64,000 nucleotides of DNA from Gammaproteobacteria bacterium TMED78 (GCA_002171615.1 NHEF01000021.1:38574-102573); one strand, 5' to 3'; shown: positions 1 to 11,019, counted from the stretch's first letter. The notes: generated from the letters alone by a model not told the origin. Numbers and translations are program-made.

Positions 1-1129
1 GCATAAATCTATCTTTATACTCCCCTTCAATAGCATCAATTATCTGAGAATCTCTATCCGTTCCCAAAGTGGTAACTACCAGAGCCTGAGTCTCGCCTCG
101 AGTAAATAAAGCCGAACCATGCGTCCTTGGTAATAGTCCAACATCTACGCTAATTGGTCTTACAGTTGAATTATCTCTCCCATCTATTCGAGATTCTCCA
201 CTTAAAACCCTATTACGCACAATTTGCTTTTCTGCCTTGGAGAATACACTATTGATAGCTTCTTCTGACCAATCAGCTTCTTCAGTGCCATTACAAATAT
301 CATATATTTCTGTTTTTATCTCTGAAAGCCTATTAGATCTAGACTGCTTCTCTACTATTTTATAAGCTTCTTCTATATTCTTTTTTGCTGATTTATTAAT
401 AATTTCTTTTAATATCTCATCCTCTTCTGGCGCATCCCACTGGAAGCTATCTTTATTTACTTCTGCTTTAAGATCATTGATAGCGCTTATCGCAACCTGC
501 ATATTTTCATGTCCAAATACTACCGCGCCCAACATCACCTCTTCTGATAGACTCTTAGCTTCAGATTCAACCATCAAAACTGCGCTATCAGTACCCGCTA
601 CTACAAGGTCTAAATCTGAGTTTTCTAAATCCAATTTAGTTGGATTGAGTATGTATTCACCATTTTTATATCCTACCCTAGCTGCTCCAATTGGACCTAA
701 AAAGGGTAGTCCGGAAATAGATAAAGCAGCAGATGCCCCTATTAAAGCTGGAATATCAGGATCTATATTAGGATCCAAAGAAATAACAGTTGCTACAACT
801 TGTACTTCATTAGAATAGCCTTTTGGAAAAAGAGGTCTAATAGGCCTATCAATTAACCTTGACGTTAAGGTCTCTTTTTCACTAGGTCTTCCCTCTCTTT
901 TAAAAAATCCTCCAGGTATTTTTCCAGCAGCATAAGTTTTTTCTTGATAATTAACTGTAAGAGGGAAAAAAGGTCTAGGTCCTTGATTTCCTTTTTCACC
1001 AACAGCTGTAACTAATAAAGCCGTATCTCCCATCTTCACTAACACTGCGCCATCGCTTTGTCGCGCTATTTTTCCTGATTCTATGGTGATTTCATTTTCA
1101 CCAAATTTAAAAGTTTTTTTGAATTCCAC
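1..1129 (-). CDS. pnp: polynucleotide phosphorylase, N-terminal part (3' end runs off the window start)
   Basis: Minus-strand translation from GTG at 1129 reads (M)[30 protein letters not shown]...[52 protein letters not shown], which matches the PNPase N-terminus. An in-frame TAG lies just upstream of the GTG. The gene sits downstream of rpsO as in other gammaproteobacteria. It is not in the ORF track because it is truncated by the window edge. Confidence 0.9.
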   Translation of the reverse strand, partial: MEFKKTFKFGENEITIESGKIARQSDGAVLVKMGDTALLVTAVGEKGNQGPRPFFPLTVNYQEKTYAAGKIPGGFFKREGRPSEKETLTSRLIDRPIRPLFPKGYSNEVQVVATVISLDPNIDPDIPALIGASAALSISGLPFLGPIGAARVGYKNGEYILNPTKLDLENSDLDLVVAGTDSAVLMVESEAKSLSEEVMLGAVVFGHENMQVAISAINDLKAEVNKDSFQWDAPEEDEILKEIINKSAKKNIEEAYKIVEKQSRSNRLSEIKTEIYDICNGTEEADWSEEAINSVFSKAEKQIVRNRVLSGESRIDGRDNSTVRPISVDVGLLPRTHGSALFTRGETQALVVTTLGTDRDSQIIDAIEGEYKDRFM

Positions 1130-1204
1130 TATAAATACCTATATTTTCTAAAAAAGAATTAATTTAAATGAATGATTTCTAAAAGATATAAAAACCCTGT
1201 ATGC

Positions 1205-1474
1205 CTATCTTCTCAGACCAAGCTCTTTTATTAATTTCTGATATTTTTCTTGATCGTTTTTCTTAATATAATCCAACAACTTACGTCTTTTATTTACCAT
1301 ACTCAATAAGCCTTTCCTAGAATGGTTATCATTCTTATGGTTGGTAAAATGGTCTGCCAGCTGGCTAATTTTTGCAGACAAAAGGGCTACTTGAACCTCT
1401 GTAGATCCTGTATCATTTGGATCACGTCCAAAATTAGAAACTATCTCTGATTTTTTATCTGAGTTCAAGGCCAT
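1205..1474 (-). CDS. rpsO: 30S ribosomal protein S15
   Basis: 89 aa with typical S15 sequence ([21 protein letters not shown]...[19 protein letters not shown]); rpsO-pnp synteny. Confidence 0.97.
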   Translation of the reverse strand: MALNSDKKSEIVSNFGRDPNDTGSTEVQVALLSAKISQLADHFTNHKNDNHSRKGLLSMVNKRRKLLDYIKKNDQEKYQKLIKELGLRR

Positions 1475-1523
1475 AATTTAAAATACCATTTGATTAAAAG
1501 ATCCATTGTACCTATAGAACTGC

Positions 1524-2465
1524 TTAGCTCCAAATACTAAATTCCTGTAAAACTTTTTTTGGCTTAAGTATACAGTCCTTTGTTAAAGCTCCTATACCAA
1601 GTAAACTATTATCTTTAGTATAAATTCTTGAATCTCCAGAAAAAAAATTAGATTTAATATAAACACTCTGGCCATGTAGAAATTTTTTTGCTTTATCATC
1701 AGATAAATATAAAGAAGGGATATTTTTTAAAGCTTGGTCTATATCTAAAATAAAATTATCTATTACATATTGATTACTTAAGAGGCTCTTTTCTAGAAAA
1801 TCAGGATCAAACATTTTATTTTTATTAAAAGGCTCTAATGATGACCTATGTAATGACCAAACATGACCATAGGTTCCGATATATTTAGCAATATCTTCTA
1901 CCAATGTCCTAATATATGTACCCTTAGAACAAGTAACAGTAAAACTAAGCTTTGGCCAATAAAAATAATTTAATTTTATAGATTTTATTTTTATCTTCCT
2001 AGGAGGTCGATCAACAATTTTTCCCCTTCTTGCCAAATTGTAAAGTCTCTCACCGTTATATTTTAGAGCAGAATACATAGGAGGAATCTGTTCTGACTCC
2101 CCAATAGTTTCTTTCAAAACAGAATTAATAAACTCTAAGGAAAAACTAGAACAATTAGATTTGTTAAGGATCTTTCCTTCTCTGTCTCCTGTATCTGTTG
2201 ACTCTCCTAATTTAGCAACCACCTCATATGTTTTATCTGAATCTAAAAGATAAGAACATATTTTAGTTGCCTTTCCAAAACAAACCGGGAGCATCCCTGT
2301 AGCCAATGGATCTAAACTACCAGTATGTCCAGCTTTTTTTGCTTTAAATATTTTCTTAATTTTTTGTAAAGTTTTATTTGAAGTATCATACAAAGGCTTG
2401 TTTACAAGCAAGATACCATTAATTTCATAAGACTTTTTAAAGCTATTTTTTATTGATTGCTTCAT
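1524..2465 (-). CDS. truB: tRNA pseudouridine(55) synthase
   Basis: 313 aa with the motif GHTGSLDPLATGMLPVCFGKATK, containing the catalytic Asp; rbfA-truB-rpsO synteny. Confidence 0.95.
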   Translation of the reverse strand: MKQSIKNSFKKSYEINGILLVNKPLYDTSNKTLQKIKKIFKAKKAGHTGSLDPLATGMLPVCFGKATKICSYLLDSDKTYEVVAKLGESTDTGDREGKILNKSNCSSFSLEFINSVLKETIGESEQIPPMYSALKYNGERLYNLARRGKIVDRPPRKIKIKSIKLNYFYWPKLSFTVTCSKGTYIRTLVEDIAKYIGTYGHVWSLHRSSLEPFNKNKMFDPDFLEKSLLSNQYVIDNFILDIDQALKNIPSLYLSDDKAKKFLHGQSVYIKSNFFSGDSRIYTKDNSLLGIGALTKDCILKPKKVLQEFSIWS

Positions 2466-2799
2466 CTATAAGTTTACTAATCCTTATGCTCGTGTCAGGA
2501 CCGCTATCTCTCTCAAAAATTAATTCTGGTACATTTCTAATTTTCATCTTTTGACCAAACTTTTGCCTTATAAATCCTTTGGCACTATTAAGTGCAGCTA
2601 ATGTTGATTCCTCTTCATTATTTTCAAGATCCAATGTACTAAACAGTACCAAAGCCTTTCCTGAAGAATCGTTCATTGTAACACTACTAATTGTTATCCC
2701 CCTTAATCTGGGATCTTTAATGCCTTGTTGTAGTAGGTTATTTATAAATCTTTGTAATTCAGAGGCAATTCTAATATTTCTTGAGAACTCCCTAGGCAT
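2443..2799 (-). CDS. rbfA: ribosome-binding factor A
   Basis: 118 aa; N-terminus RNIRIASELQRFINNLLQQGIKDPRL is typical of RbfA; lies between infB and truB and overlaps truB by 23 nt. Confidence 0.93.
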   Translation of the reverse strand: MPREFSRNIRIASELQRFINNLLQQGIKDPRLRGITISSVTMNDSSGKALVLFSTLDLENNEEESTLAALNSAKGFIRQKFGQKMKIRNVPELIFERDSGPDTSIRISKLIDEAINKK

Positions 2800-2801
2800 A
2801 A

Positions 2802-5390
2802 TTAGATTGATCTAGCAACTTCTGAGCGATCAAAACACTCAATCTGATCGCCAGGTTTTACATCATTATAATTTTTAACACCTATACCGCATTCAGTACC
2901 AGCCCTAACTTCCTTGACATCATCTTTAAACCTTCTAAGAGACTCAAGCTCGCCTTCATAAATAACAACATTATCTCTAAGGACTCTTATAGGCTTGGTA
3001 TGCTCCATATAACCATCAATTACCAAACATCCAGCAATATTACCAAATTTAGGAGCCTTAAAAACATCTCTTACTTCTGCCAAGCCAACAATTCTCTCTT
3101 TTATCTCTGGAGCTAATAATCCGCTAACAATTACAGAAACATCATCTAACGCTTCATAAATTACACTGTAATATCTGACATCTAATTTTGATTCTTTAAT
3201 AGTTTCTCGAGCACTAGAATCTGCTCGTACATTAAATCCAATTACTATAGCATTTGAAGCAATAGCTAGCTGAACATCTGATTCTGTTATTCCCCCAACA
3301 CCATCTAAGACTATATTTACAGTAACCTCCTCATTCGAAATTTTCTGAAGAGCATCTTTCAAGGCCTCGGTACTTCCTTGAACATCAGCTTTGACTAATA
3401 TAGATAATGATTTATTACCTCCGGTAGCGCTAGTGCTAAAAATATCCTCGACAGAAGATGATTGCTGACTTGCCAATTTCAGACTCCTTTCTTTATTTTG
3501 TCTAAATTCTGCCACTTCTCTAGCCTTCTTTTCGTTAGGAACAACTAAAACATTATCACCAGCTGAAGGTACTCCAGATAGGCCAAGGATAACTGCTGGT
3601 ATTGATGGGCCGGCCTCATTCAAGGCTGCACCTGACTCATCAAACATAGCCCTAACCCTGCCATATTCATGTCCAGCAAGAAGGACATCACCACTCTTTA
3701 AAATACCTTGAGTAATAAGAACTGTTGAAACAGGCCCCCTGCCTCTCTCTAGTGTGGCCTCCACAACAACGCCGGAAGCATTGCCAGAATGTGGCGCCTT
3801 AATATCAAGAATCTCAGACTGAAGGAGGATAGCTTCGAGCAAGCCATCAATTCCTTTACCAGTCTTAGCAGAAATTGGAACAAATAAAGTATCTCCACCC
3901 CACTCTTCAGAAATAACTTCATGTTGAGATAATTCATTACGAATCTTTTCAGGATCAGCTGTATCTAAATCTATTTTATTAATTGCAACTATTAATGGAA
4001 CAGATGCAGCTTTTGCATGCTCAATTGCTTCTATAGTCTGAGGCATAACTGAATCATCTGCAGCAACAACCAAGACCACAATATCAGTAATTTGTGCACC
4101 TCTAGCTCTCATCGCAGTAAAAGCAGCATGGCCGGGTGTATCTAAAAATGTAATATTGCCCTTATCAGTCTTAACATTGTACGCACCTATATGCTGAGTA
4201 ATACCTCCAGCCTCTCCACTTGCTACTCTAGTTGTTCTAATGAAATCAAGTAAAGATGTTTTGCCATGATCAACATGTCCCATAACTGTAACTATAGGAG
4301 CTCGAGCCTCCTCCCCTTCTGGACTAATGTTCTCTTCTAATGATTGCTTTAACTCGTCCTCAATACCGCCCTCACTTTGTATCTTAGGAACATGACCAAG
4401 CTCTTCCACAATTAATATTGCAGTATCTTGATCTATAGTCTGATTAATTGTAACCATAGTGCCCATATTCATCGCTACTCTTATAACTTCACTAGATTTC
4501 ACAGCCATTCTTTGGGCTAAATCAGAAATGATAATTGTCTCTGGTATAATAACTTCTTTAATCTGAGGAGCTGTAGGTTTCTCAAAGGCATGATGAGATT
4601 CCTGATTTACATGAAGGCTGCTTCTTCGTGCCTTAGTCCTCTTTCTTCTAAGTTGAGAACCTTCAGCTACGTGAAGAGTGTGATCCTTTTTTTTATTCTT
4701 AGGCCTAACTTTTTCTTTTTGCTTTTTTGTTTTTTCCTGAGCTTTATCCTCTCTGAGCCTCTCTTCTTTATCTTCTTTCAATTTTTTTGAGACTTCCTGA
4801 TTTTCATTAGGAACAATTTTCTTATCTTCACTGACATCATCTATAATCTGCGGTTCCGATAAAGGGCTAGTTGTTGATTTAACTTGTAATTTAGGTTCAG
4901 CCTCTAACTTCCTATCTTCTAATGCTTCATCACTAGGAGGTTTGCTATCCTGGGTATCTAATACAATTCCCTTATCATCTAGAGGGGTGCTCTCGTCTTG
5001 TTTTAACCTTAACTCTTCTTCTAATTTAATATTTTTTTCATTTAAAGCATCTTGTTCAAGCTTCGCCTGATTTTCTAGCTCATCTCTTTTAACATAAACT
5101 CTTTTTCTTCTAACTTCTATATTTATTGTTCTTGACCTACCCTGACCTGTTGCTAGTTTTAACTCACTTTGAGATTTCCTTTTTAGAATAATTTTTTTTG
5201 GGCTTGATAAAGTAACCTGGTCACGACCATGTGATTTTCTTAAATGAGCTAGAAGCTGAACCTTAACGTCTTCTGTTATCTTATCTTCTCCTCCATTTAC
5301 TTCTATGCCCGCCTCAGATAATTGAGAGATCAATTTATCAACTGGTATCTTTAGCACCTCAGCAAAATCTATTACTTTGATATCACTCAT
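2802..5390 (-). CDS. infB: translation initiation factor IF-2
   Basis: 862 aa; GTPase motifs [19 protein letters not shown] and NKID; charged Lys/Glu-rich N-terminal region; nusA-infB synteny. Confidence 0.97.
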   Translation of the reverse strand: MSDIKVIDFAEVLKIPVDKLISQLSEAGIEVNGGEDKITEDVKVQLLAHLRKSHGRDQVTLSSPKKIILKRKSQSELKLATGQGRSRTINIEVRRKRVYVKRDELENQAKLEQDALNEKNIKLEEELRLKQDESTPLDDKGIVLDTQDSKPPSDEALEDRKLEAEPKLQVKSTTSPLSEPQIIDDVSEDKKIVPNENQEVSKKLKEDKEERLREDKAQEKTKKQKEKVRPKNKKKDHTLHVAEGSQLRRKRTKARRSSLHVNQESHHAFEKPTAPQIKEVIIPETIIISDLAQRMAVKSSEVIRVAMNMGTMVTINQTIDQDTAILIVEELGHVPKIQSEGGIEDELKQSLEENISPEGEEARAPIVTVMGHVDHGKTSLLDFIRTTRVASGEAGGITQHIGAYNVKTDKGNITFLDTPGHAAFTAMRARGAQITDIVVLVVAADDSVMPQTIEAIEHAKAASVPLIVAINKIDLDTADPEKIRNELSQHEVISEEWGGDTLFVPISAKTGKGIDGLLEAILLQSEILDIKAPHSGNASGVVVEATLERGRGPVSTVLITQGILKSGDVLLAGHEYGRVRAMFDESGAALNEAGPSIPAVILGLSGVPSAGDNVLVVPNEKKAREVAEFRQNKERSLKLASQQSSSVEDIFSTSATGGNKSLSILVKADVQGSTEALKDALQKISNEEVTVNIVLDGVGGITESDVQLAIASNAIVIGFNVRADSSARETIKESKLDVRYYSVIYEALDDVSVIVSGLLAPEIKERIVGLAEVRDVFKAPKFGNIAGCLVIDGYMEHTKPIRVLRDNVVIYEGELESLRRFKDDVKEVRAGTECGIGVKNYNDVKPGDQIECFDRSEVARSI

Positions 5391-6918
5391 TTACGTTGCC
5401 TTTTTCCTTGTCTGATGATTTTTCTTCTTTATCATCAAACCAGTGAGCTCTAGCTTTCATAATAATTTCTGCCGCCTTTTGAGCATCAAGACTCTTAATA
5501 ACCTCAAGATCAATAACTGATTGTTCTGCTAAATCTTCTCGTGTAATAACTCCTTTTGAGGCAAGTTCAAAAGCTAATTCTTTATCCATACCATCTAATT
5601 CTAATAAATCTTCAGATGGCCCAGACTGATCTATAATTTCTTCATTAACTAAAGCCTGAGTTACTAAGATATCTCTTGCTCTTGATCTTAACTCGTTAAC
5701 TATCTCTTCATTAAATTCTTCAATAGCTAAAAGCTCATTAGTCGGGACATAGGCTACTTCTTCAATTGAAACAAAGCCCTCTTGAACTAAAATAGAAGCA
5801 ACATTCTCATCAACATCAAGATCATCCATCAATTTATTAATTAATTCTTTAGATTCCTGATCATTCTTTTCTTCTGCATCCTTTTCAGTCATAACATTCA
5901 ATTCCCAGCCAGTTAATTCACTAGCTAATCTTATGTTTTGTCCTCCCCTTCCAATCGCCTGAGATAACTTTTCTTCATCTACGGCAATATCCATGCTGTG
6001 AGCTTCTTCATCCATGACAATAGATAAAACATCTGCCGGAGACATAGCATTTATAACAAATTGAGCAGCATTATCATCATGTAAGATAATATCTACCCTT
6101 TCTCCAGCAAGCTCATTAGAAACTGCCTGAACTCTTGATCCCCTCATGCCAACACAGGCTCCAACAGGATCAATCCTAGAATCATTACTCTTGACTACAA
6201 TTTTAGCTCTTAGCCCTGGATCTCTTGCAGCTGAAAGTATTTCGATCAAATCTTGACCCACCTCAGGAACTTCTAGCTTAAATAGCTGGATTAAAAATTC
6301 TGGCGAAGTTCTAGTTAAAAATAATTGTGGGCCTCTGATCTCTGACTTAATCTCATAAAGAATTGCTTTAACTCTATCCTGAGGCTTAATGGGCTCTCTT
6401 GGAATCAAATTCTCTCTGGGTATAAATCCTTCTGCATTGCCACCTAAATCAACAAATATGCCGCCTCTATCCACTCGCTTGACTATGCCGTTAACTAGAC
6501 TCCCTACTCTTTCTTGAAACTCATCTATCACCTGCTCTCTTTCAGCTTCACGAATTTTTTGGACAATAACCTGCCTAGCTGTTTGAGCGGCTATCCTTCC
6601 AAATACTACTGAATCTATTGGTACTTCAACAAATTCGCCAGGCTTTGCATCCTGGCTTATCTCTAGAGCATCCTCAAGCCTTAACTCTTTATCAGGATCC
6701 TCTAGCTCTGAAGAATCATCAGCAAAAACTGCCCACCTTTGAAAGGTTTCATACCCTCCATTCTCTCTGTTAATAGAAACCCTAACATCCATCTCTTCGC
6801 CATGCTTTCTTTTGGTGGCAGTAGCCAGGGCAATTTCCATAGCCTCAAAAATAATCTCTTTACTAACTCCTTTTTCATTGGAGACCGCATCAACAACCAT
6901 TAGTATTTCTTTATTCAT
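5383..6918 (-). CDS. nusA: transcription termination/antitermination factor NusA
   Basis: 511 aa; S1 and KH regions ([26 protein letters not shown]; [21 protein letters not shown]) plus a C-terminal acidic repeat region. Confidence 0.97.
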   Translation of the reverse strand: MNKEILMVVDAVSNEKGVSKEIIFEAMEIALATATKRKHGEEMDVRVSINRENGGYETFQRWAVFADDSSELEDPDKELRLEDALEISQDAKPGEFVEVPIDSVVFGRIAAQTARQVIVQKIREAEREQVIDEFQERVGSLVNGIVKRVDRGGIFVDLGGNAEGFIPRENLIPREPIKPQDRVKAILYEIKSEIRGPQLFLTRTSPEFLIQLFKLEVPEVGQDLIEILSAARDPGLRAKIVVKSNDSRIDPVGACVGMRGSRVQAVSNELAGERVDIILHDDNAAQFVINAMSPADVLSIVMDEEAHSMDIAVDEEKLSQAIGRGGQNIRLASELTGWELNVMTEKDAEEKNDQESKELINKLMDDLDVDENVASILVQEGFVSIEEVAYVPTNELLAIEEFNEEIVNELRSRARDILVTQALVNEEIIDQSGPSEDLLELDGMDKELAFELASKGVITREDLAEQSVIDLEVIKSLDAQKAAEIIMKARAHWFDDKEEKSSDKEKGNVNE

Positions 6919-7367
6919 ATCAACTCTTCATTTATTAATTTAGCTGTATCAATATCCTTGATAGGAATTTGATAGAAATTATCATTGGCAAATAAAGAAA
7001 CTGTATCAGATAGAGTATCTTTTAATATACCAGTCATTTTAATTTTTCCTTCAAAGGGAGACTTAAACTTAATATATATCTTAGAACCAGAAAATTTTAA
7101 AAAATGATCTTTAGTTCTTAATCTCCTATCTAAACCAGGTGAAGATACTTCTAAAATATATTTTTTATTGGACGTATCTTCTACATCTAAAAGTGCTCCT
7201 ATTTGATTACTAACAAAAGCACAATCATCAATGCCTACACCACTATCTTTATCTATAAATATCCTTAAAGTTTGATTTGAACCTTGATATTTATCTAAAT
7301 CAACTAACTCATACCCAAGTTGAGCTATTGGCCCCTCTAATAATTCAATCAAATCCTGTTTATTCAC
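6915..7367 (-). CDS. rimP: ribosome maturation factor RimP
   Basis: 150 aa; motif LEVSSPGLDRRL; first gene of the rimP-nusA-infB operon. Confidence 0.9.
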   Translation of the reverse strand: MNKQDLIELLEGPIAQLGYELVDLDKYQGSNQTLRIFIDKDSGVGIDDCAFVSNQIGALLDVEDTSNKKYILEVSSPGLDRRLRTKDHFLKFSGSKIYIKFKSPFEGKIKMTGILKDTLSDTVSLFANDNFYQIPIKDIDTAKLINEELI

Positions 7368-7395
7368 AAACTATTTTTTCCATTACCAATAAATA

Positions 7396-7418
7396 CAAAA
7401 AATGGGCCTATAGCCCAC
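7396..7418 (-). terminator. GC-rich hairpin followed by a U6 tract (intrinsic terminator or attenuator)
   Basis: The minus strand reads UGGGC-UAUAG-GCCCA followed by UUUUUU. It lies about 97 nt downstream of the sulfatase stop and only about 29 nt upstream of the rimP start codon. Confidence 0.55.
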
Positions 7419-7514
7419 TAAAAATTAAACACCTTAAAATGGTATTGTACTCAAAAATATTAGATTAGTCGATAATGTTTATCTATTTACCTGCCATTAA
7501 CAACTCTAGATAAA

Positions 7515-8945
7515 TTACCTCAACTGATTATTTTGGTCTGGAATATCGCTAACTGGTAAAAGAGACTCTAGCCTAGCTTTTATATCACTATAGTTTTGAT
7601 CAGAAGCCAAGTTATACCACTCATTCGGGTCTTCATGATGATCGTAAAGCTCTTCAGATCCATCAGAATATTTTATATACCTATAACGATCATCTCTAAT
7701 AGCATGATTTTTATAACCATATGTGCTTAAAGCAAAATGATTCCAATCTATATCTGGATTTTCAATTAACGGCCTTAAGCTTCTTCCCTCTAAATGATTA
7801 GGTATATCAAAGTCTATTAAATCAAGAAGAGTAGGATACAAATCCATTAAAGACACTACCTTATCAGTCTTTGTTCCTGCTTCCGTAATCCCTGGAGCAA
7901 CGATTATTAGAGGTACCCTTGTTGCTTCCTCCCATATAGTCTGTTTCCTCCAACGTAGTTTTTCTCCTAAATGCCAACCGTGATCAGACCACAGAACAAT
8001 AATCGTATCATCAGATTTCCCACTTTGTTCAAGCGCATCAATAAGGCGACCAACCATTGCATCAGCAAAACTTATACTTGCTAAATAAGCTTGTACAGCC
8101 TCTTCCCAAGTACCACTTTGAAGAACCCATTGATGAAGAGCAATCGGATCAAAACTATTGCTAGAAGATATCTTTCCAGCAGTAGGAATATCGTCTAAGT
8201 CAGAATCATTAACCAAGGGGAGCTGAATCTGATCAAGCGGATATAAATCAAAATACTCTGGAGCGTTATACCAAGGAAGGTGAGGTCTATAAATACCAAC
8301 ACCTATAAAACTATTATTATCATCCATATTTAAAATATTATTAATAGAATGAGTAACAATTTGGCCATCTCCAGTAGCCTCGTCCTCTGTTGCCATTCTA
8401 TGCCAATCAAAAAATCTAGACATAGGTGTTTGATTAGCTGGTCTATTAATTGGAGCTACTTCATCAGGAAGTTGTCTATCAATGGAGGGGTAATAGCTAT
8501 CCCAAGCATTCAAATCATTAAACCCCTTAAATGCTCGCGGATTATAAGTAGATGCATGAAATAACTTACCTGCTCCTTGTGTAGTATAGCCATTATCTTT
8601 CAAATGCTTTGGTATTGTTGGTGCATCATCAAAAATTTCAAGAGTCCGCCAATCTGGATTATTTAAATACACACCTGTAGAAGAAGGGGCTAAGCCAGAA
8701 AAAATAGCAGTCCTGGCAGGATTGCAAAGACTTGCAGGCGTATGTGCATTAGTAAATGTAATACCCCTTGAGGCAAGCGCATCTATATTTGGAGTCTTAA
8801 CTTGATCGTTGCCTCCAAGCGGCCCAACCCAGTCATTTAAATCATCAATCGCTATGAAAAGAATATTAGGACTAGAAGCCTCCTGTGAATTACAAAATAC
8901 AGGAAAAGCTATAAATAAAAATAAAAAAAGTATTTTTTTTGTCAT
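7515..8945 (-). CDS. exported Cys-type (formylglycine-dependent) sulfatase
   Basis: 476 aa with an N-terminal signal peptide. Sulfatase signature SLCNPARTAIFSGL (C-x-P-x-R) after the metal-binding IAIDDLNDW. A later motif WSDHGWHLGE is typical of the alkaline-phosphatase/sulfatase superfamily. Confidence 0.85.
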   Translation of the reverse strand: MTKKILFLFLFIAFPVFCNSQEASSPNILFIAIDDLNDWVGPLGGNDQVKTPNIDALASRGITFTNAHTPASLCNPARTAIFSGLAPSSTGVYLNNPDWRTLEIFDDAPTIPKHLKDNGYTTQGAGKLFHASTYNPRAFKGFNDLNAWDSYYPSIDRQLPDEVAPINRPANQTPMSRFFDWHRMATEDEATGDGQIVTHSINNILNMDDNNSFIGVGIYRPHLPWYNAPEYFDLYPLDQIQLPLVNDSDLDDIPTAGKISSSNSFDPIALHQWVLQSGTWEEAVQAYLASISFADAMVGRLIDALEQSGKSDDTIIVLWSDHGWHLGEKLRWRKQTIWEEATRVPLIIVAPGITEAGTKTDKVVSLMDLYPTLLDLIDFDIPNHLEGRSLRPLIENPDIDWNHFALSTYGYKNHAIRDDRYRYIKYSDGSEELYDHHEDPNEWYNLASDQNYSDIKARLESLLPVSDIPDQNNQLR

Positions 8946-8949
8946 TTAG

Positions 8950-9693
8950 CTACCTAGCGACTTGATCTTCGGCTAGAGCATAACACTCATACTCCAATAC
9001 ACGAAGATTTTCTTCTAGCCTTCTATAAAGAATCATACTCATTTCCCATGGCTCAGTATAAACCTCTGGATCTTCTAGGGTCACTTCATACTGCATATGA
9101 TTTGGCCCAATAGGGGTATATCTTTCAATAATATGTAATGAGGGGCTATGAAAGTTTCCTGACCTGTCTAGCCATGTCTCATCAGTAAAATGAACCACAT
9201 CAACTACAAGTGAGTCGCCTTCCCAAGATCCTCTAGAGTCTCCCATATACCACTGAATAGGACCAGGAGGATGCTCACTATCCATAAAAATATTTCTAAT
9301 AGTATGAACCCACTCATAAGTCATAATGACTTGATCTTCAGTCTGGAGAATTTGAAATGGATATGGCATGTAAGTAATCCTAGGTACGCCAACTAGTTTA
9401 CAGTTAGCCTCAGGATCATCTAATAATCTATTTTCATAATTGATGTCCCTTTGTTCTAATGCCCATTCTTGATAAGGAATTTCGTTTCCCTTAACTACAC
9501 CTATACCCGCGGGAATACCAAAGTCAGAACTACGATCTTGAATATTCCAAACAGCATTTCCTAAAGCTTGCCATATGCCTTCTATAATTGGATGACCTAA
9601 TTCATTTCTTGGGACTTCATAATTTTGAGAAATAGCAATATCTGAAGAAAGAATAGATAAAATTAAAATAAGTTTAAAATAAACGCTATACAT
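8950..9693 (-). CDS. exported protein of unknown function, Cys-pair family (paralog A)
   Basis: 247 aa with a signal peptide. Paralogous to 20899-21627 and 10093-11019: shared GDSxGxWEGD.LVVD...F.D.TWLDRSGNFHS..L.IIER block and a conserved Cys pair (ANCKLVGVPR ... YECYAL). The gap to the sulfatase gene is 4 nt. Confidence 0.8.
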   Translation of the reverse strand: MYSVYFKLILILSILSSDIAISQNYEVPRNELGHPIIEGIWQALGNAVWNIQDRSSDFGIPAGIGVVKGNEIPYQEWALEQRDINYENRLLDDPEANCKLVGVPRITYMPYPFQILQTEDQVIMTYEWVHTIRNIFMDSEHPPGPIQWYMGDSRGSWEGDSLVVDVVHFTDETWLDRSGNFHSPSLHIIERYTPIGPNHMQYEVTLEDPEVYTEPWEMSMILYRRLEENLRVLEYECYALAEDQVAR

Positions 9694-9715
9694 AAAATTA
9701 CTCCACTATTAAATT

Positions 9716-10096
9716 TTAGTCTTCAGCATTACCTGAGAAGAGAGTCTTCCCATCCTCTAAGGTTACTTCTTCGCCATCAATAGTCCTAGAGCCATCTCTT
9801 GATGGAAGGCCATGAACAATAATGGTAGACCCTAAAGGCAAATCATCTGGTCTCCAGCCCCTCCTATATAAAGAATTAGCTGCTCCAAACTCAACTTTCC
9901 AGATTTGATCCTCTCCTTCGTCACTTGTAACATTTAAATGTAACCATGCATGAGGATTTCTCCATTCCATTTCTGCAATAGATCCTGTGATTGCTATTTC
10001 TTTAGTTAAATCAAATTGCAGTGCTTTTGAATGATGTGCAAAAGAAAAAATTGAATAAAAATAAAAAAATAAAAAAAATGTTTTTTTAATCATCAC
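9716..10096 (-). CDS. small exported protein with predicted His-His mature N-terminus (possibly DUF6152-type)
   Basis: 126 aa; the signal peptide ends ...SIFSFA, followed by HHSKALQFD...WRNPHAWLHLNV. Paralog of 21632-22051. Overlaps the upstream gene by 4 nt. Confidence 0.8.
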   Translation of the reverse strand: MMIKKTFFLFFYFYSIFSFAHHSKALQFDLTKEIAITGSIAEMEWRNPHAWLHLNVTSDEGEDQIWKVEFGAANSLYRRGWRPDDLPLGSTIIVHGLPSRDGSRTIDGEEVTLEDGKTLFSGNAED

Positions 10097-11019
10097 CTAG
10101 ACTCCTCATATAAATCCCATGCATCTCTTAATCTTCTAGCTTCATCACCACTTATACCTGGATAAACTTTATAACCAACATTAAAAAATCCTTCTCTTGA
10201 AATAGCATTATCTTCATAACAAGCCTCTTCCCAAATCTCAAAATCAGAAGCATTTCTTCTAAAAGCAATAGCTATAGTAAAAGGCTGGGTAAAGACATTT
10301 TCATCCGTAACAGTTGCTTGGTAATGTAAAGTATTTGCATCAACCAAAGTAAATCTTTCCTCAACATGTGCCTCATCGGTAAAAAACCTCCCTCTTTGAT
10401 CAAGCCATGCTCTCGCATTTTGATTAGTCGTATCAACAACAAAGGTATTTTGATCCCAAGACCCAATAGAATCTCCATTCCATAATTTAATTTCTTCGCC
10501 TAATGTATGCGAATCTGAAAAAGGAATCATTCGAAAAGCATGCGCCTCTTCACCTTGTATAAGTATATTCTGAAAGGTCTGACTAAGCTGATATAAACCT
10601 GTCATATACATGCTTAAAGGAACACCATCTAATCGACAAATCGCATTGTGATGAACGTAAGCTATTCTATTATATTTTCTCTGAGCTTCTGCCCAAGGCT
10701 GTATAGGAACAAAACCACTCTCAGGAAACACAACTGAGCTTGATGTTTCTTGATCATCAAGCGTTTTAGGGTGCGCTTCTATACTCTCATGAGCGGCTAC
10801 TGTTCTTCTCCATACCCCTCTTAAATCAGGATCACCATTATCTAGCCTTGGAGGATCAAAAACCTTTATTGCTTGCAACGCACACTCATGAAAAATTGCC
10901 TGCTCGTTATCAGGGCATGATGAGTCTACTATCCAGGGCTGTGAAAAAGTACTAGGAACTAAAAACAAAGGTAAAAAAATATAAATAGTTGATGCGAAAA
11001 AAATTGTTTTAACACTCAA
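10093..11019 (-). CDS. exported protein of unknown function, Cys-pair family (paralog C, N-terminally extended)
   Basis: 308 aa with a signal peptide. Shares NGDSIGSWDQNTFVVDTTNQNARAWLDQRGRFFTDEAHVEERF and a Cys pair (AICRLDGVP ... EEACYED) with the 247-aa and 242-aa paralogs. Confidence 0.8.
   Translation of the reverse strand: MSVKTIFFASTIYIFLPLFLVPSTFSQPWIVDSSCPDNEQAIFHECALQAIKVFDPPRLDNGDPDLRGVWRRTVAAHESIEAHPKTLDDQETSSSVVFPESGFVPIQPWAEAQRKYNRIAYVHHNAICRLDGVPLSMYMTGLYQLSQTFQNILIQGEEAHAFRMIPFSDSHTLGEEIKLWNGDSIGSWDQNTFVVDTTNQNARAWLDQRGRFFTDEAHVEERFTLVDANTLHYQATVTDENVFTQPFTIAIAFRRNASDFEIWEEACYEDNAISREGFFNVGYKVYPGISGDEARRLRDAWDLYEESR

Noticed and set aside
477-818. 113-aa plus-strand ORF from the ORF track
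   Set aside because: It lies antisense inside the clearly recognisable pnp coding sequence on the minus strand and its composition is low-complexity. It is a shadow ORF.
1130-1204. Possible hairpin or attenuator between rpsO and pnp, as known in E. coli
   Set aside because: Only a weak 4-bp stem (UCUG/CAGG) before a U5 run could be drawn, which is not enough to annotate.
4650-5060. Repetitive A/G-rich (Lys/Glu-coding) stretch that could look like a tandem repeat
   Set aside because: It encodes the charged low-complexity N-terminal linker typical of IF-2 and is not an independent repeat element.
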